NCBI GenBank assembly: GCA_963789945.1
Contig: CAWBMN010000007.1
Location: 27,178 to 91,177, forward strand
DNA length: 64,000 nt
Reading direction: 5' to 3'
Source: an uncultured beta proteobacterium
GTDB taxonomy: Bacteria > Pseudomonadota > Gammaproteobacteria > Burkholderiales > JACQAP01
A program made the translations under genes and the position numbers. Below are positions 37,819-47,985 of this stretch, in pieces (positions within the stretch are counted from its first letter, which is position 1; every line of letters starts with the position of its first letter). A model generated the notes under the pieces. It was given only the letters and a program-made list of their open reading frames with translations, ran no database searches and was not told the DNA's origin.

Positions 37819-38829
37819 ATGCTCAAGATCCACAGATTAACGCTGGTCGCAAGTGCCGCGGCATGCGCGATTGCGCTCGGCGCAGGCGCCGTTCCGGCGC
37901 ACGCCCAGACAGTCAAGATCGACGGTTCTTCGACCGTGTTCCCGATTACCGAAGCAGTTGCCGAGGACTTTCAGAAGTCCAAGAAAGGCAAGATCAGGGT
38001 AACGGTCGGCATTTCCGGCACCGGCGGCGGCTTCAAGAAATTCTGCCGCGGCGAGATCGATATTTCCGATGCATCCCGTCCGATCCTGAAGAAGGAGATG
38101 GACGAGTGCAAGAAGAACGGCATCCAGTACATCGAGCTGCCGGTCGCCTACGACGCGCTCACGGTAGTGATCCACCCCGAGAACAAATGGGCGCAGACCC
38201 TGACCGTGGCCGACCTGAAGAAAATGTGGGAGCCGGCCGCCCAAGGCAAGGTCACCAACTGGAAGCAGGCCAACCCGGGTTTCCCGGATGCGCCGCTGAA
38301 GCTCTTCGGTGCCGGCGCCGATTCCGGAACCTTTGACTACTTCACCGAGGCGATCAACGGCAAGGCCAAGTCCAGCCGCGGCGACTTTACCGCTTCGGAA
38401 GACGACAACGTGCTGGTGCAGGGGGTGTCGCGCGACGTCAATGCACTCGGCTTCTTCGGGCTGGCCTACTACATAGAGAATCAGGACAAGCTCAAGGCGG
38501 TGGCCGTTGCGGAGAAATCAGGCGCCAAGGGCGTGCTGCCTTCGGTAGAAACCGTGATGGACGGCTCGTACCAGCCGCTGTCGCGTCCGATTTTCATTTA
38601 CGTCAACGCCAAGTCGCTCGAGCGACCCGAAATCAGGGAGTTCCTCGAGTTCTACATGAAGAACGCCGATGCCCTGGTGCGCGAAGTCAAGTACGTTCCT
38701 CTTCCCGCGGATGCCTACGCCTACAACAACGATCACATCCAGAAGAAGGTCTTGGGCACCAAGTTCGGCGGCGAGAACAAAGTCGGACTGACCATCCAGC
38801 AACTGATGAAGATGGAAGCAAAGCTGTAG
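37819..38829 (+). CDS. pstS: phosphate ABC transporter substrate-binding protein
   Basis: 336 aa. Signal peptide, [16 protein letters not shown] and [10 protein letters not shown], typical of the PstS family. Confidence 0.9.
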   Translation: MLKIHRLTLVASAAACAIALGAGAVPAHAQTVKIDGSSTVFPITEAVAEDFQKSKKGKIRVTVGISGTGGGFKKFCRGEIDISDASRPILKKEMDECKKNGIQYIELPVAYDALTVVIHPENKWAQTLTVADLKKMWEPAAQGKVTNWKQANPGFPDAPLKLFGAGADSGTFDYFTEAINGKAKSSRGDFTASEDDNVLVQGVSRDVNALGFFGLAYYIENQDKLKAVAVAEKSGAKGVLPSVETVMDGSYQPLSRPIFIYVNAKSLERPEIREFLEFYMKNADALVREVKYVPLPADAYAYNNDHIQKKVLGTKFGGENKVGLTIQQLMKMEAKL

Positions 38830-38848
38830 TCAAACGCAATTCCGACAC

Positions 38849-38878
38849 ACAGGAGGGGCGCGACCCCTCCTGTTTTTT
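38849..38878 (+). terminator. intrinsic terminator / attenuating hairpin between pstS and pstC
   Basis: ACAGGAGGGG - cgcga - CCCCTCCTGT followed by TTTTTT. Confidence 0.65.
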
Positions 38879-38933
38879 GCCCGGATTCCGGGTGATCGGA
38901 GATTTCTGCAATAATAGCCCCGGCTCCGAACCG

Positions 38934-39887
38934 ATGAGCTCCGTTGCCCCCACCCACAGCCTGAATATCTTGGCGGATAACACAGTCAGCGCGCGGCTCG
39001 CGAAGAGGAAATCCCGCCATATTCGCGAGCGCTTCATCGAGGTTCTTCTTTTCCTCGCTGCATCGGTGTCGGTTGCGGTTACGGTCGGCATCGTCGTCAT
39101 CCTGGTTACCGAGTCGTACCAGTTTTTCCAGAATGTCCCGCTATGGGACTTCCTCACCGATACGCAATGGACGCCGCTGTTCGACGACGCGCACTACGGC
39201 ATCATGGTGTTGCTTTCGGGCACGCTGGTCAGTTCCTTCGTCGCGCTTTCGGTGGCGATCCCGCTGGGCACCATCATCGCGATCTACCTGTCGGAGTTCG
39301 CGCCGTTCTCGATACGTGAGGTGGCGAAGCCTTTCCTCGAGCTGCTGGGCGGCGTGCCCACTATTGTCTACGGATATTTCGCGCTGCTGTACGTAACCCC
39401 GGCGCTGCAGTTTTTCTTCCCCGGCCTGCCGGGCTTCAACCTTCTGTCCGCCGGCCTGGTGATGGGCATCATGATCATTCCTTACGTGAGTTCGGTGTCC
39501 GAGGACGCGATGCGCGCGGTGCCGATGGCGATGCGCGAGGGCTCGTATGCGATGGGGGCCACGCGCTTCCAGACTGCGATCCGGGTGGTGACGCCTGCGG
39601 CCTTTTCGGGAATTGCCGCCGCTTACATCCTGGGTATTTCGCGCGCGGTGGGAGAAACCATGATCCTGGCGGTCGCTGCCGGCATGCAGCCCAATCTGAC
39701 GTGGGACCCGACGGAACCGGCCGCCACCATCACCGCATATATCGTCCAGGTGGCGCTCGGCGACCTGCCGCACGGCAGCATCGGCTATCAAACCATTTTT
39801 GCCGCCGGTCTTACCCTGATGTTATTGACGCTGTTTTTCAATATCCTCGGACATATGCTGAAGCGCAGATACCGGCAGGCCTACTGA
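38934..39887 (+). CDS. pstC: phosphate ABC transporter permease PstC
   Basis: Start taken at ATG 38934. Six TM segments and the EAA-like loop YVSSVSEDAMRAVPMAMREGSYAMGATRFQ. Confidence 0.9.
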   Translation: MSSVAPTHSLNILADNTVSARLAKRKSRHIRERFIEVLLFLAASVSVAVTVGIVVILVTESYQFFQNVPLWDFLTDTQWTPLFDDAHYGIMVLLSGTLVSSFVALSVAIPLGTIIAIYLSEFAPFSIREVAKPFLELLGGVPTIVYGYFALLYVTPALQFFFPGLPGFNLLSAGLVMGIMIIPYVSSVSEDAMRAVPMAMREGSYAMGATRFQTAIRVVTPAAFSGIAAAYILGISRAVGETMILAVAAGMQPNLTWDPTEPAATITAYIVQVALGDLPHGSIGYQTIFAAGLTLMLLTLFFNILGHMLKRRYRQAY

Positions 39888-39888
39888 T

Positions 39889-40812
39889 ATGGCCGACATG
39901 ACCGTAGCAGAGATCCGGGCGCTGATAGTCAAGCACAAGCGCTGGGACCTCATCTTTGCCACTATCGGCGTGCTGTCGTTGATGGTCGGCGTACTCACCT
40001 TCGCCTCGCTGTTCGCCGGCATGGCGATCGACGGCGCGCACCGGCTATCGCTGGATTTCTTCACCAATTTCCCGTCGCGGCGCCCCGAAGAGGCGGGCAT
40101 CCTGTCGGCATGGGTCGGTACCACGCTGGTGATGATCGTCACCGCGGTCACCGCGGTGCCGCTCGGCGTGGCGGGCGCGGTTTATCTCGAGGAGTACGCG
40201 CCCAAGAACTGGGTCACCGACGTTATCGAGATCAACGTCACCAACCTGGCAGGCGTGCCCTCGATCGTTTACGGCCTGCTTGCGTTGGGGCTGTTCGTGT
40301 ACCAGTTCGGCTTCGGACAGAGCATTCTCTCCGCCGGCCTGACCCTGGCGCTGCTGATCCTGCCGGTGGTGATTGTCGCCACGCGCGAAGCGATCCGCTC
40401 GATACCGGCAGTCATCCGCGAAGGGGCCTACGCATTGGGCGCCACCAAGTGGCAGACTACCGCGGATCACATTCTTCCCTATTCGCTTCCGGGGATCCTG
40501 ACGGGCGTAATCATCGGAATGGCTCGGGCCATCGGCGAGACGGCGCCAATCATCACCATCGGCGCGCTGACATTCATCGCCTTCCTGCCGCAGGCGCCGT
40601 TCAGCGGCGATCCGCCGGCGGGCCTGTTCGACTGGCTATTCGCGCCCTTTACTGTAATGCCGATCCAGATGTTCAACTGGACTTCGCGTCCGGAGGCGGC
40701 GTTCCATCAGAACGCCGCCGCCGCCGGCCTGGTGCTGGTGGTGATGACGCTGTCCATGAATGCCTTGGCGATCTACATTCGCTACCGGCTCAGAAAGAAA
40801 ATCAAGTGGTAA
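39889..40812 (+). CDS. pstA: phosphate ABC transporter permease PstA
   Basis: 307 aa with the EAA loop ATREAIRSIPAVIREGAYALGATKWQ. Confidence 0.9.
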   Translation: MADMTVAEIRALIVKHKRWDLIFATIGVLSLMVGVLTFASLFAGMAIDGAHRLSLDFFTNFPSRRPEEAGILSAWVGTTLVMIVTAVTAVPLGVAGAVYLEEYAPKNWVTDVIEINVTNLAGVPSIVYGLLALGLFVYQFGFGQSILSAGLTLALLILPVVIVATREAIRSIPAVIREGAYALGATKWQTTADHILPYSLPGILTGVIIGMARAIGETAPIITIGALTFIAFLPQAPFSGDPPAGLFDWLFAPFTVMPIQMFNWTSRPEAAFHQNAAAAGLVLVVMTLSMNALAIYIRYRLRKKIKW

Positions 40813-40821
40813 GGACTCGCC

Positions 40822-41622
40822 ATGTCGAAAATCACTGAAGGAACCGCCGCGCACGCGAACCTCGTCGTCAAGGCCGAGGCGCAAAACCTGAGTTTCTACT
40901 ATGGCGCGTTCAACGCGTTGAAGCGCATCAACATGCCGATCTACGAGAAGAAGGTCACGGCGCTGATCGGGCCTTCCGGTTGCGGCAAGTCAACGTATCT
41001 GCGCTGCTTCAACCGCATGCACGATCTTTACGCGGGCAATCGCTACGAAGGCGAAATCCGGCTCCAACCCGACAATACCAACCTGCTGAATCAGCAGGTG
41101 GACCCCATTGAAGTGCGCATGCGCATCAGCATGGTGTTTCAAAAGCCCAATCCCTTCCCGAAATCGATCTACGAGAACGTGGCCTATGGCCTGCGCGTGC
41201 GCGGCGTGAGGAGCGTGGCGGTACTCGACGAGAAGGTGGAACAGGCGCTGCGCGGCGCTGCCTTGTGGGACGAGGTGAAAGAGCGGCTCAATGACCTGGC
41301 GTTCAACCTTTCCGGGGGGCAGCAGCAACGCCTTTGTATCGCGCGGGCGCTCGCCACCGAGCCGGAGATTCTGCTGTTCGACGAACCCACCTCGGCGCTC
41401 GACCCGATCGCCACGGCGAGCATCGAGGAATTGATTGCCGACCTGAAGCACAAGGTGACAATTCTGATCGTCACCCACAACATGCAGCAAGCGGCGCGCG
41501 TTTCGGACTTCACCGCTTACATGTATCTGGGCGAGATGATCGAGTTCGACGCCACCGACACCATCTTCATCAAACCCAAGAACAAGGCCACTGAAGATTA
41601 CATCACCGGGCGCTTCGGGTAG
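40822..41622 (+). CDS. pstB: phosphate ABC transporter ATP-binding protein
   Basis: 266 aa. Walker [10 protein letters not shown], signature [14 protein letters not shown] and Walker [13 protein letters not shown]. No phoU follows. Confidence 0.95.
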   Translation: MSKITEGTAAHANLVVKAEAQNLSFYYGAFNALKRINMPIYEKKVTALIGPSGCGKSTYLRCFNRMHDLYAGNRYEGEIRLQPDNTNLLNQQVDPIEVRMRISMVFQKPNPFPKSIYENVAYGLRVRGVRSVAVLDEKVEQALRGAALWDEVKERLNDLAFNLSGGQQQRLCIARALATEPEILLFDEPTSALDPIATASIEELIADLKHKVTILIVTHNMQQAARVSDFTAYMYLGEMIEFDATDTIFIKPKNKATEDYITGRFG

Positions 41623-41760
41623 GCGAAGCGGACGGTTCTGTAGCGGCTTGGGCCAATCCCATCACATTCGAGTGGTCGGGCCGTTGAGTCTCTAACGCCC
41701 TGATTCTCCTCAGTGCCATTCCCCGGGTCCGCGCGTTCCACCAATTCGCGGCGCACAACG

Positions 41761-41790
41761 TTGACCCCCCTTCCCCCGGACGGGTAAAAT
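41761..41790 (+). promoter_or_regulatory. sigma-70-like promoter of tpiA-secG
   Basis: TTGACC (41761-41766), 18-nt spacer, TAAAAT (41785-41790). It lies 28 nt upstream of the tpiA ATG. Confidence 0.45.
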
Positions 41791-41817
41791 TCGTCAGTTT
41801 TTCCGGTGGGATAGCGC

Positions 41818-42591
41818 ATGCGGCAGCGGCTGGCGGTGGGCAACTGGAAGATGTTTGGCAGCCTTCCAGAAAACCAGGCCCTACTCGACACGGTCGCGGC
41901 GGCTGTGGCAGGGCTTCGCAAGACAATTTGCGTGGTCTGCGTTCCTTTCCCCTACCTCGCCCAGACCCAGGCAGCGTTGGCCGGGTCGAAAGTGGCATGG
42001 GGCGCCCAGAATGTCAGCCAGCATCCCAAAGGAGCGTTTACTGGTGAAGTCTCCGCCGGGATGTTGCGCGAGTTTGGCTGCAGATATGTGATCGTCGGGC
42101 ATTCCGAGCGCAGGCAGTGGTTCGGCGAGGACGACCGCACGGTGGCGCTCAAGGCGAAAGCGGTGCTGGCGGCGGGAATGGTACCGATTATTTGCGTCGG
42201 CGAAACACTCTCTGAGCGTGAGAGTGGCGTGACCGAAAAAGTGGTGGGACGGCAGATTGCCGCGGCCCTGGACGAACTGGGTAGCGAGATAGTGAAAGGC
42301 GCGGTCCTGGCCTACGAGCCGGTCTGGGCGATCGGCACGGGCAGGACTGCAAGCCCGGAACAGGCGCAAGCGGTACACGCCAGCATTCGTGGCTTGCTGG
42401 CCAAACGGGACAGCAGCCTTGGCGATTTGGCTCCGATACTTTATGGCGGCAGCGTCAAGGCCGCGAACGCCGCGGAATTGTTCGCGATGCCGGACGTCGA
42501 TGGCGGATTGATTGGCGGCGCTTCGCTGGTGGCCCAGGAATTCATTTCGATCTGCAGGGCGGCGGATCAACCGAGCGGGCGGGACGGCTGA
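41818..42591 (+). CDS. tpiA: triose-phosphate isomerase
   Basis: 257 aa with VGNWKM, IVGHSERR, AYEPVWAIGTG and GGASL. Confidence 0.95.
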   Translation: MRQRLAVGNWKMFGSLPENQALLDTVAAAVAGLRKTICVVCVPFPYLAQTQAALAGSKVAWGAQNVSQHPKGAFTGEVSAGMLREFGCRYVIVGHSERRQWFGEDDRTVALKAKAVLAAGMVPIICVGETLSERESGVTEKVVGRQIAAALDELGSEIVKGAVLAYEPVWAIGTGRTASPEQAQAVHASIRGLLAKRDSSLGDLAPILYGGSVKAANAAELFAMPDVDGGLIGGASLVAQEFISICRAADQPSGRDG

Positions 42592-42623
42592 AAAAAGCTG
42601 GACGCGGAAACGACAGGATACTT

Positions 42624-42983
42624 ATGGAAACCTTGATTCTAGTTCTTCATGTGGCTGCGGCCTTGTGCGTAATCGGGCTGGTGCTGCTCCAGCACGGCAA
42701 GGGCGCGGATATGGGAGCGGCATTCGGCAGCGGCTCCGCCGGCAGCCTGTTCGGCTCCAGCGGCTCGGCCAACTTTCTGAGCCGCACAACCGCAGTCATC
42801 GCAGCGGTGTTCTTCCTTACCAGCCTTGGGCTGACGTACGTCGCCAGCCACAAAGGCAGGCCCGAGGGGGTGATGTCCACGCACCAGGAGGAACCGGTCG
42901 AACCGGCGAAGGCTATTCCGGCACCATCGGGCACGGTGCCGGCGCCTGACGGCAACTCCAAGGCGAACGAAGTACCGAAATAA
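42624..42983 (+). CDS. secG: preprotein translocase subunit SecG
   Basis: 119 aa. LVLLQHGKGADMGAAFGSG...LFG..G..NFL.R.T is typical SecG. Confidence 0.9.
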   Translation: METLILVLHVAAALCVIGLVLLQHGKGADMGAAFGSGSAGSLFGSSGSANFLSRTTAVIAAVFFLTSLGLTYVASHKGRPEGVMSTHQEEPVEPAKAIPAPSGTVPAPDGNSKANEVPK

Positions 42984-42985
42984 CG

Positions 42986-43072
42986 GTGCTGAGTGCCCGG
43001 TACTGTGTGCTGCGAACAAATGGCATCAGGCCCGGGACTTCAGCACACAGCACTCAGTACTCAGTACTGAGT
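42986..43072. repeat. IR7: heptad-periodic inverted repeat between secG and tRNA-Leu
   Basis: Left arm GCTGAGT GCCCGGT ACTGTGT GCTG. Right arm CAGCACA CAGCACT CAGTACT CAGTACT GAGT. The inner 12 bp pair with one mismatch. Confidence 0.65.
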
Positions 43073-43076
43073 TTGC

Positions 43077-43161
43077 GCCGACGTGGTGAAATTGGTAGAC
43101 ACGCCATCTTGAGGGGGTGGTGGGGTAACCCGTGGGAGTTCGAGTCTCCCCGTCGGCACCA
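43077..43161 (+). tRNA. leuU: tRNA-Leu (anticodon GAG), type II with a long variable arm, CCA encoded
   Basis: Acceptor GCCGACG/CGTCGGC. D-arm GTGGTGAAATTGGTAGACAC. Anticodon stem-loop CCATC-TTGAGGG-GGTGG. T-arm GGGAG-TTCGAGT-CTCCC, 3' ACCA. Same secG-tRNA-Leu linkage as in E. coli. Confidence 0.9.
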
Positions 43162-43176
43162 AAGCATGCAAGGCGC

Positions 43177-43278
43177 GACAGGCAAGACTCCGCGGCAGGC
43201 AGAGGCGCGGAGACGCAGGCAGGCATGGGGAACGGCCTGGCGCGCGCAATCGATTCTGATCCTGCCTGCTGACAGGCC
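43177..43278. repeat. IR8: weaker GCAGGCA-type inverted repeat between tRNA-Leu and nuoA
   Basis: CAGGCAGG (43216-43223) pairs with CCTGCCTG (43261-43268). The left arm is loosely 7-nt periodic (GACAGGC...GGCAGAG...GACGCAG GCAGGCA). GACAGGC is repeated at 43177 and 43271. Confidence 0.4.
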
Positions 43279-43289
43279 GAGAGTGGTCA

Positions 43290-43658
43290 ATGCTTGAGCA
43301 GTACTTTCCGATTCTGCTGTTCATCTTCGTCGGCCTGGCCGTCGGTGTGGCGCTTCCCCTTTTGGGCGGCGGGCTGAGCCGGTTGCTCGGCGTTCACCGT
43401 CCCGATCCCGAGAAACTTTCTCCCTACGAGTGCGGTTTCGAGGCCTTCGAGGACGCGAGGATGAAGTTCGACGTTCGCTATTACCTCGTCGCCATCCTGT
43501 TCATCCTGTTCGACCTTGAAATCGCCTTTCTTTTTCCCTGGGCGGTCGTGCTCGAGGATATCGGCACCTTCGGCTTTGTTTCCATGGTCATATTCCTTGC
43601 CATCCTCGTCATAGGCTTCGTTTACGAGTGGAAAAAGGGCGCATTGGAGTGGGATTGA
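43290..43658 (+). CDS. nuoA: NADH-quinone oxidoreductase subunit A
   Basis: 122 aa, 3 TM, with [10 protein letters not shown]...[11 protein letters not shown]. Confidence 0.93.
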   Translation: MLEQYFPILLFIFVGLAVGVALPLLGGGLSRLLGVHRPDPEKLSPYECGFEAFEDARMKFDVRYYLVAILFILFDLEIAFLFPWAVVLEDIGTFGFVSMVIFLAILVIGFVYEWKKGALEWD

Positions 43659-43692
43659 GACCGCTCACCAGTTTCCGGAGAACATAAGCGAC

Positions 43693-44169
43693 ATGACCAT
43701 CGAAGGCGTTACCGAAAAAGGCTTCGTCACCACCACGATCGACAACGTCATCAATTGGACGCGCACCGGCTCGATGTGGCCGATGACTTTTGGCCTGGCT
43801 TGTTGCGCTGTGGAGATGATGCACGCAGGCGCGGCGCGTTACGACCTCGACCGGTTCGGCGTGGTGTTCCGTCCTAGCCCGCGCCAATCCGACGTCATGA
43901 TCGTGGCCGGCACGCTGTGCAACAAGATGGCGCCTGCGCTGCGCAAGGTTTACGACCAGATGGCCGAGCCGCGCTGGGTCATCTCGATGGGCTCCTGCGC
44001 CAACGGCGGAGGCTACTACCACTATTCCTACTCGGTGGTGCGCGGCTGCGATCGAATCGTCCCGGTGGATGTTTACGTTCCCGGCTGCCCGCCCACCGCG
44101 GAGGCGCTGCTTTACGGAATCATCCAGCTCCAGAACAAGATCCGGCGCACCAACACCATCGCGCGCTGA
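43693..44169 (+). CDS. nuoB: NADH-quinone oxidoreductase subunit B
   Basis: 158 aa with N2 cluster cysteines in [19 protein letters not shown] and VPGCPP. Confidence 0.95.
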   Translation: MTIEGVTEKGFVTTTIDNVINWTRTGSMWPMTFGLACCAVEMMHAGAARYDLDRFGVVFRPSPRQSDVMIVAGTLCNKMAPALRKVYDQMAEPRWVISMGSCANGGGYYHYSYSVVRGCDRIVPVDVYVPGCPPTAEALLYGIIQLQNKIRRTNTIAR

Positions 44170-44180
44170 CCCCTCCGGCC

Positions 44181-44780
44181 ATGAACACCAAGCTCTCTGC
44201 GCTTGCCGAAAACCTGAAGACCATGCTCGGCGACAGGGTCGTGAGCCTTGAGGAATCCCGTGGTGAGCTGACGCTGGTGGTCAAAGCAACGGACGTTCTC
44301 TGGGCGGCCGCGCAGCTGCGCGATCATCCGCAATTCGGCTTCGAGCAGCTCGTGGACTTGTGCGGCGTAGATTATCTCGACTTCGGCAATCGCCCGCGCG
44401 AAGGCGCGCGCTACGCAGTCGTGTATCACCTGCTCGCGGTTTCGCGCAACCAGCGCCTGCGGATGCGGGTGTTTGCCACGGATGACGAGTATCCCTCTAT
44501 GGACTCGGTCAACGGCATCTGGCCGTCGGCCAACTGGTACGAGCGCGAAACCTTCGACCTCTTCGGGATCGTGTTTCCCGGACATCCCGACCTGCGCCGC
44601 ATCCTCACTGACTACGGCTTCATCGGCCATCCTTTCCGCAAAGACTTCCCGCTCTCCGGGTACGTGGAGGTGCGCTACGACCCGGACCAGAGCCGCGTCA
44701 TCTACCAGCCGGTCAGCATCGAGCCGCGCGAGACCGTGCCTCGTGTTGTGCGTGAAGCAAACTACGGGGATGTGGAATGA
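44181..44780 (+). CDS. nuoC: NADH-quinone oxidoreductase subunit C
   Basis: Start at ATG 44181, 199 aa. [50 protein letters not shown]. Confidence 0.93.
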   Translation: MNTKLSALAENLKTMLGDRVVSLEESRGELTLVVKATDVLWAAAQLRDHPQFGFEQLVDLCGVDYLDFGNRPREGARYAVVYHLLAVSRNQRLRMRVFATDDEYPSMDSVNGIWPSANWYERETFDLFGIVFPGHPDLRRILTDYGFIGHPFRKDFPLSGYVEVRYDPDQSRVIYQPVSIEPRETVPRVVREANYGDVE

Positions 44781-44834
44781 AGGTAATGACTCAGCACAAT
44801 TTTCCCATGAATTTTAGCTCCGGCCGCCCTGCGG

Positions 44835-44859
44835 GCTTAACTTGCCAGGGCAAGTTAGC
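44835..44859 (+). other. hairpin inside the unusually long nuoC-nuoD spacer
   Basis: TAACTTGCC (44838-44846) - ag - GGCAAGTTA (44849-44857), extendable to GC...GC with one bulge. Confidence 0.5.
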
Positions 44860-44932
44860 CTGCACTGAAGTTCATCGTGTAACGCCGATGGTCTTCGATT
44901 TCCCGCTCATGGTGTCACTACCAATTTGAGCT

Positions 44933-46186
44933 ATGGCTGAGATCCGTAATTACACGATGAACTTTGGGCCTCAGCACCCTGCGGCGCACGGGGTGTTGCG
45001 GCTGGTGCTGGAACTGGATGGCGAGGTGATCCAGCGCGCCGATCCGCACATCGGCCTGCTGCATCGCGCGACCGAGAAACTCGCCGAGCACAAGACTTTC
45101 CTGCAGTCGGTGCCGTACATGGACCGCCTGGACTACGTGTCGATGATGTGCAACGAGCATGCCTACGTGATGGCGATCGAGAACCTGCTCGGGATCGACG
45201 TTCCGCAGCGGGCGCAGTATATCCGCGTGATGTTCGACGAAATTACCCGGGTGCTCAATCACCTGCTCTGGCTGGGGGCGCATGCACTCGACGTCGGCGC
45301 CATGACCGTGTTCCTTTACTGCTTCCGCGAGCGCGAGGACCTGATGGACTGCTACGAAGCGGTCTCGGGTGCGCGCCTGCACGCTGCTTACTACCGGCCG
45401 GGCGGTGTGTTTCGCGATCTGCCCGACGCTATGCCGCGTTACCAGGCTTCCAGGATCCACGACGACAAGGCGGTGCGCGAACTCAATCAGAACCGGCAGG
45501 GCTCTCTTCTGGATTTCATCGAGGACTTTACCGATCGATTTCCCCGATTTGTGGACGAATACGAGACGCTGCTCACCGACAACCGCATCTGGAAGCAGCG
45601 CACGGTGGGTATCGGCGTGGTCGCCCCCGAGCGTGCGCTGGCACTCGGGTTCAGCGGACCGATGCTGCGCGGCTCGGGGGTGGAGTGGGATCTGCGCAAG
45701 AAGCGCCCCTACGCGGTGTACGACCGGATGGATTTCGACATCCCGGTGGGGGTCAACGGCGACTGCTACGACCGCTATCTGGTGCGCATCGAGGAAATGC
45801 GCCAGTCGAACCGCATCGTCAGGCAGTGCATCGACTGGCTGCGCAAGAACCCTGGGCCGGTCATCACCGGTGACCACAAGGTGGCGCCGCCCTCGCGCGT
45901 GGACATGAAAATGAACATGGAAGAGCTGATCCACCATTTCAAGCTCTTCACCGAAGGTATGCACGTGCCGGCGGGCGAGACCTATTGCGCGGTCGAGGCA
46001 CCCAAGGGCGAGTTCGGCATCTACCTCATTTCCGACGGCGCCAACAAGCCTTACCGGGTGAAAATCCGCGCACCGGGGTTTGCCCACCTGGCGGCGCTGG
46101 ATGAGATGGCGCGCGGCCACATGATCGCGGACGTGGTGGCCATCATCGGCACCCAGGACATCGTATTCGGCGAGGTGGACCGATGA
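44933..46186 (+). CDS. nuoD: NADH-quinone oxidoreductase subunit D
   Basis: 417 aa with [16 protein letters not shown] and the C-terminal [13 protein letters not shown]. Confidence 0.96.
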   Translation: MAEIRNYTMNFGPQHPAAHGVLRLVLELDGEVIQRADPHIGLLHRATEKLAEHKTFLQSVPYMDRLDYVSMMCNEHAYVMAIENLLGIDVPQRAQYIRVMFDEITRVLNHLLWLGAHALDVGAMTVFLYCFREREDLMDCYEAVSGARLHAAYYRPGGVFRDLPDAMPRYQASRIHDDKAVRELNQNRQGSLLDFIEDFTDRFPRFVDEYETLLTDNRIWKQRTVGIGVVAPERALALGFSGPMLRGSGVEWDLRKKRPYAVYDRMDFDIPVGVNGDCYDRYLVRIEEMRQSNRIVRQCIDWLRKNPGPVITGDHKVAPPSRVDMKMNMEELIHHFKLFTEGMHVPAGETYCAVEAPKGEFGIYLISDGANKPYRVKIRAPGFAHLAALDEMARGHMIADVVAIIGTQDIVFGEVDR

Positions 46187-46674
46187 ACGCGCCGATGATG
46201 CTGTCGCCGGAAGCACTGGCGAAGATCGACAAGGCGATCACCAAGTATCCGTCGAATCAGCGGCAGTCGGCGGTGATGGCCGCGCTCACGGTCGCTCAGG
46301 ACGAGAAGGGCTGGCTATCTACCGAGACCATGGATTTCGTCGCGCAGTACCTGGGCATGCCGCCGATTGCGGTGTACGAAGCGGCGGCTTTCTACGGCAT
46401 GTACAACCTGCAACCGGTCGGGCGCAACAAGATCACCATCTGCACCAATCTGCCGTGCGCGCTGTCGGGCGCTACCGGTGCCGCCGAACACCTGAAGAAG
46501 AAACTCGGAATCGGATTCAACGAAACCACCCCGGACGGCGGTTTCACGCTCAAGGAAGGCGAATGCCTGGGGGCTTGCGGCGATGCGCCGGTGTGCCTGC
46601 ATAACGACAAGAAAATGCTGTCGTTCATGACGCCGGACAAACTGGATGCGCTGATCGAGGAGCTGAAGAAATGA
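46183..46674 (+). CDS. nuoE: NADH-quinone oxidoreductase subunit E
   Basis: 163 aa with 2Fe-2S cysteines in ICTNLPCAL and [15 protein letters not shown] overlap with nuoD. Confidence 0.93.
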   Translation: MNAPMMLSPEALAKIDKAITKYPSNQRQSAVMAALTVAQDEKGWLSTETMDFVAQYLGMPPIAVYEAAAFYGMYNLQPVGRNKITICTNLPCALSGATGAAEHLKKKLGIGFNETTPDGGFTLKEGECLGACGDAPVCLHNDKKMLSFMTPDKLDALIEELKK

Positions 46675-47972
46675 ACGCTCCGCTTCCTCCTTTCCCACCG
46701 GACATTTACGGGCCTGAAGCGGTCCTGCTCAAGGGGATCACCGGGCTCAACTGGCGCCTGAAGGACTACGAGGCGCGCGGTGGCTACGAGGCGCTGAAGA
46801 AAATCCTGCGCGAGAGCATCGCGCCGGAGCAGGTAATCGCCGAAGTGAAGAAATCGGCTTTGCGCGGGCGTGGCGGCGCAGGCTTTCCGACCGGGCTCAA
46901 GTGGAGCTTCATGCCGCGTGCCTTCGCCGGGCAGAAGTACCTGGTGTGCAACTCCGACGAGGGCGAGCCCGGCACCTTCAAGGACCGCGACCTCTTGCGC
47001 TACAACCCGCATATCGTCATCGAAGGCATGGCGATCGCGGCCTATGCGATGGGAATCACGGTCGGCTACAACTACATCCACGGCGAGATCTGGGAAGTGT
47101 ACGAGCGCTTCGAGGAGGCGCTCGCCGAGGCCTATGACGCCGGCTACCTGGGCAAGAGCATCCAGGGCTCGGCATTCAACTTCGATCTGCACGCACACCA
47201 CGGCTGGGGTGCGTACATCTGCGGCGAGGAAACTGCGCTGCTGGAGTCACTGGAAGGCAAAAAGGGACAACCGCGCTTCAAGCCGCCGTTCCCGGCGAGC
47301 TACGGCCTGTACGGCAAGCCGACCACGATCAATAACACCGAAACCTTTGCCGCGGCGCCCTGGATCATCGTCAACGGCGGCGAGGCCTTCCTGAATCTCG
47401 GCCGGCCTAACAACGGCGGCACCAAGATCTTTTCGGTCACCGGTCACGTCGAAAGTCCCGGCAATTATGAAGTCAGGCTCGGCACGCCCTTCGCGAAATT
47501 GCTGGAAATGGCCGGCGGAATGCGCGGCGGGCGCAAGCTGAAAGCGGTCATTCCCGGCGGATCTTCCATGCCGGTGCTGCCCGCCGAAGTCATGATGCAG
47601 ACTGATATGGACTACGATTCGATCGCCAAGGCCGGCTCGATGCTGGGTTCGGGGGCGGTGATCGTCATGGACGAGACCACCTGCATGGTTCGAGCGTTGC
47701 AGCGCCTGTCGTATTTCTATTTCGAAGAATCCTGTGGCCAATGCACGCCCTGTCGCGAAGGCACCGGCTGGCTGTACCGGATTGTCCATCGCATAGAAAC
47801 GGGTGAGGGCCGCAGCGAGGACCTGGAAACGCTGAACTCGGTCGCCGACAACATCGCCGGGCGGACCATCTGTGCGCTGGGCGACGCGGCGGCGCTGCCG
47901 GTGAAGAGCTTCACCAAGTACTTCCGCGAAGAGTTCCAGTACCACATCGATCACAAGAAATGCCTGGTATGA
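46671..47972 (+). CDS. nuoF: NADH-quinone oxidoreductase subunit F
   Basis: 433 aa. FMN/NADH site [13 protein letters not shown] and 4Fe-4[17 protein letters not shown] overlap with nuoE. Confidence 0.96.
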   Translation: MNAPLPPFPPDIYGPEAVLLKGITGLNWRLKDYEARGGYEALKKILRESIAPEQVIAEVKKSALRGRGGAGFPTGLKWSFMPRAFAGQKYLVCNSDEGEPGTFKDRDLLRYNPHIVIEGMAIAAYAMGITVGYNYIHGEIWEVYERFEEALAEAYDAGYLGKSIQGSAFNFDLHAHHGWGAYICGEETALLESLEGKKGQPRFKPPFPASYGLYGKPTTINNTETFAAAPWIIVNGGEAFLNLGRPNNGGTKIFSVTGHVESPGNYEVRLGTPFAKLLEMAGGMRGGRKLKAVIPGGSSMPVLPAEVMMQTDMDYDSIAKAGSMLGSGAVIVMDETTCMVRALQRLSYFYFEESCGQCTPCREGTGWLYRIVHRIETGEGRSEDLETLNSVADNIAGRTICALGDAAALPVKSFTKYFREEFQYHIDHKKCLV

Positions 47973-47985
47973 GGCCAGACTACTG

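Noticed and set aside
40822-41817. The absence of phoU after pstB, and the 195-nt pstB-tpiA spacer as a possible hidden gene or ncRNA.
   Set aside because: The spacer has no ORF with a plausible start and no conspicuous structure. It contains a reasonable tpiA promoter. phoU may simply be encoded elsewhere in the genome.
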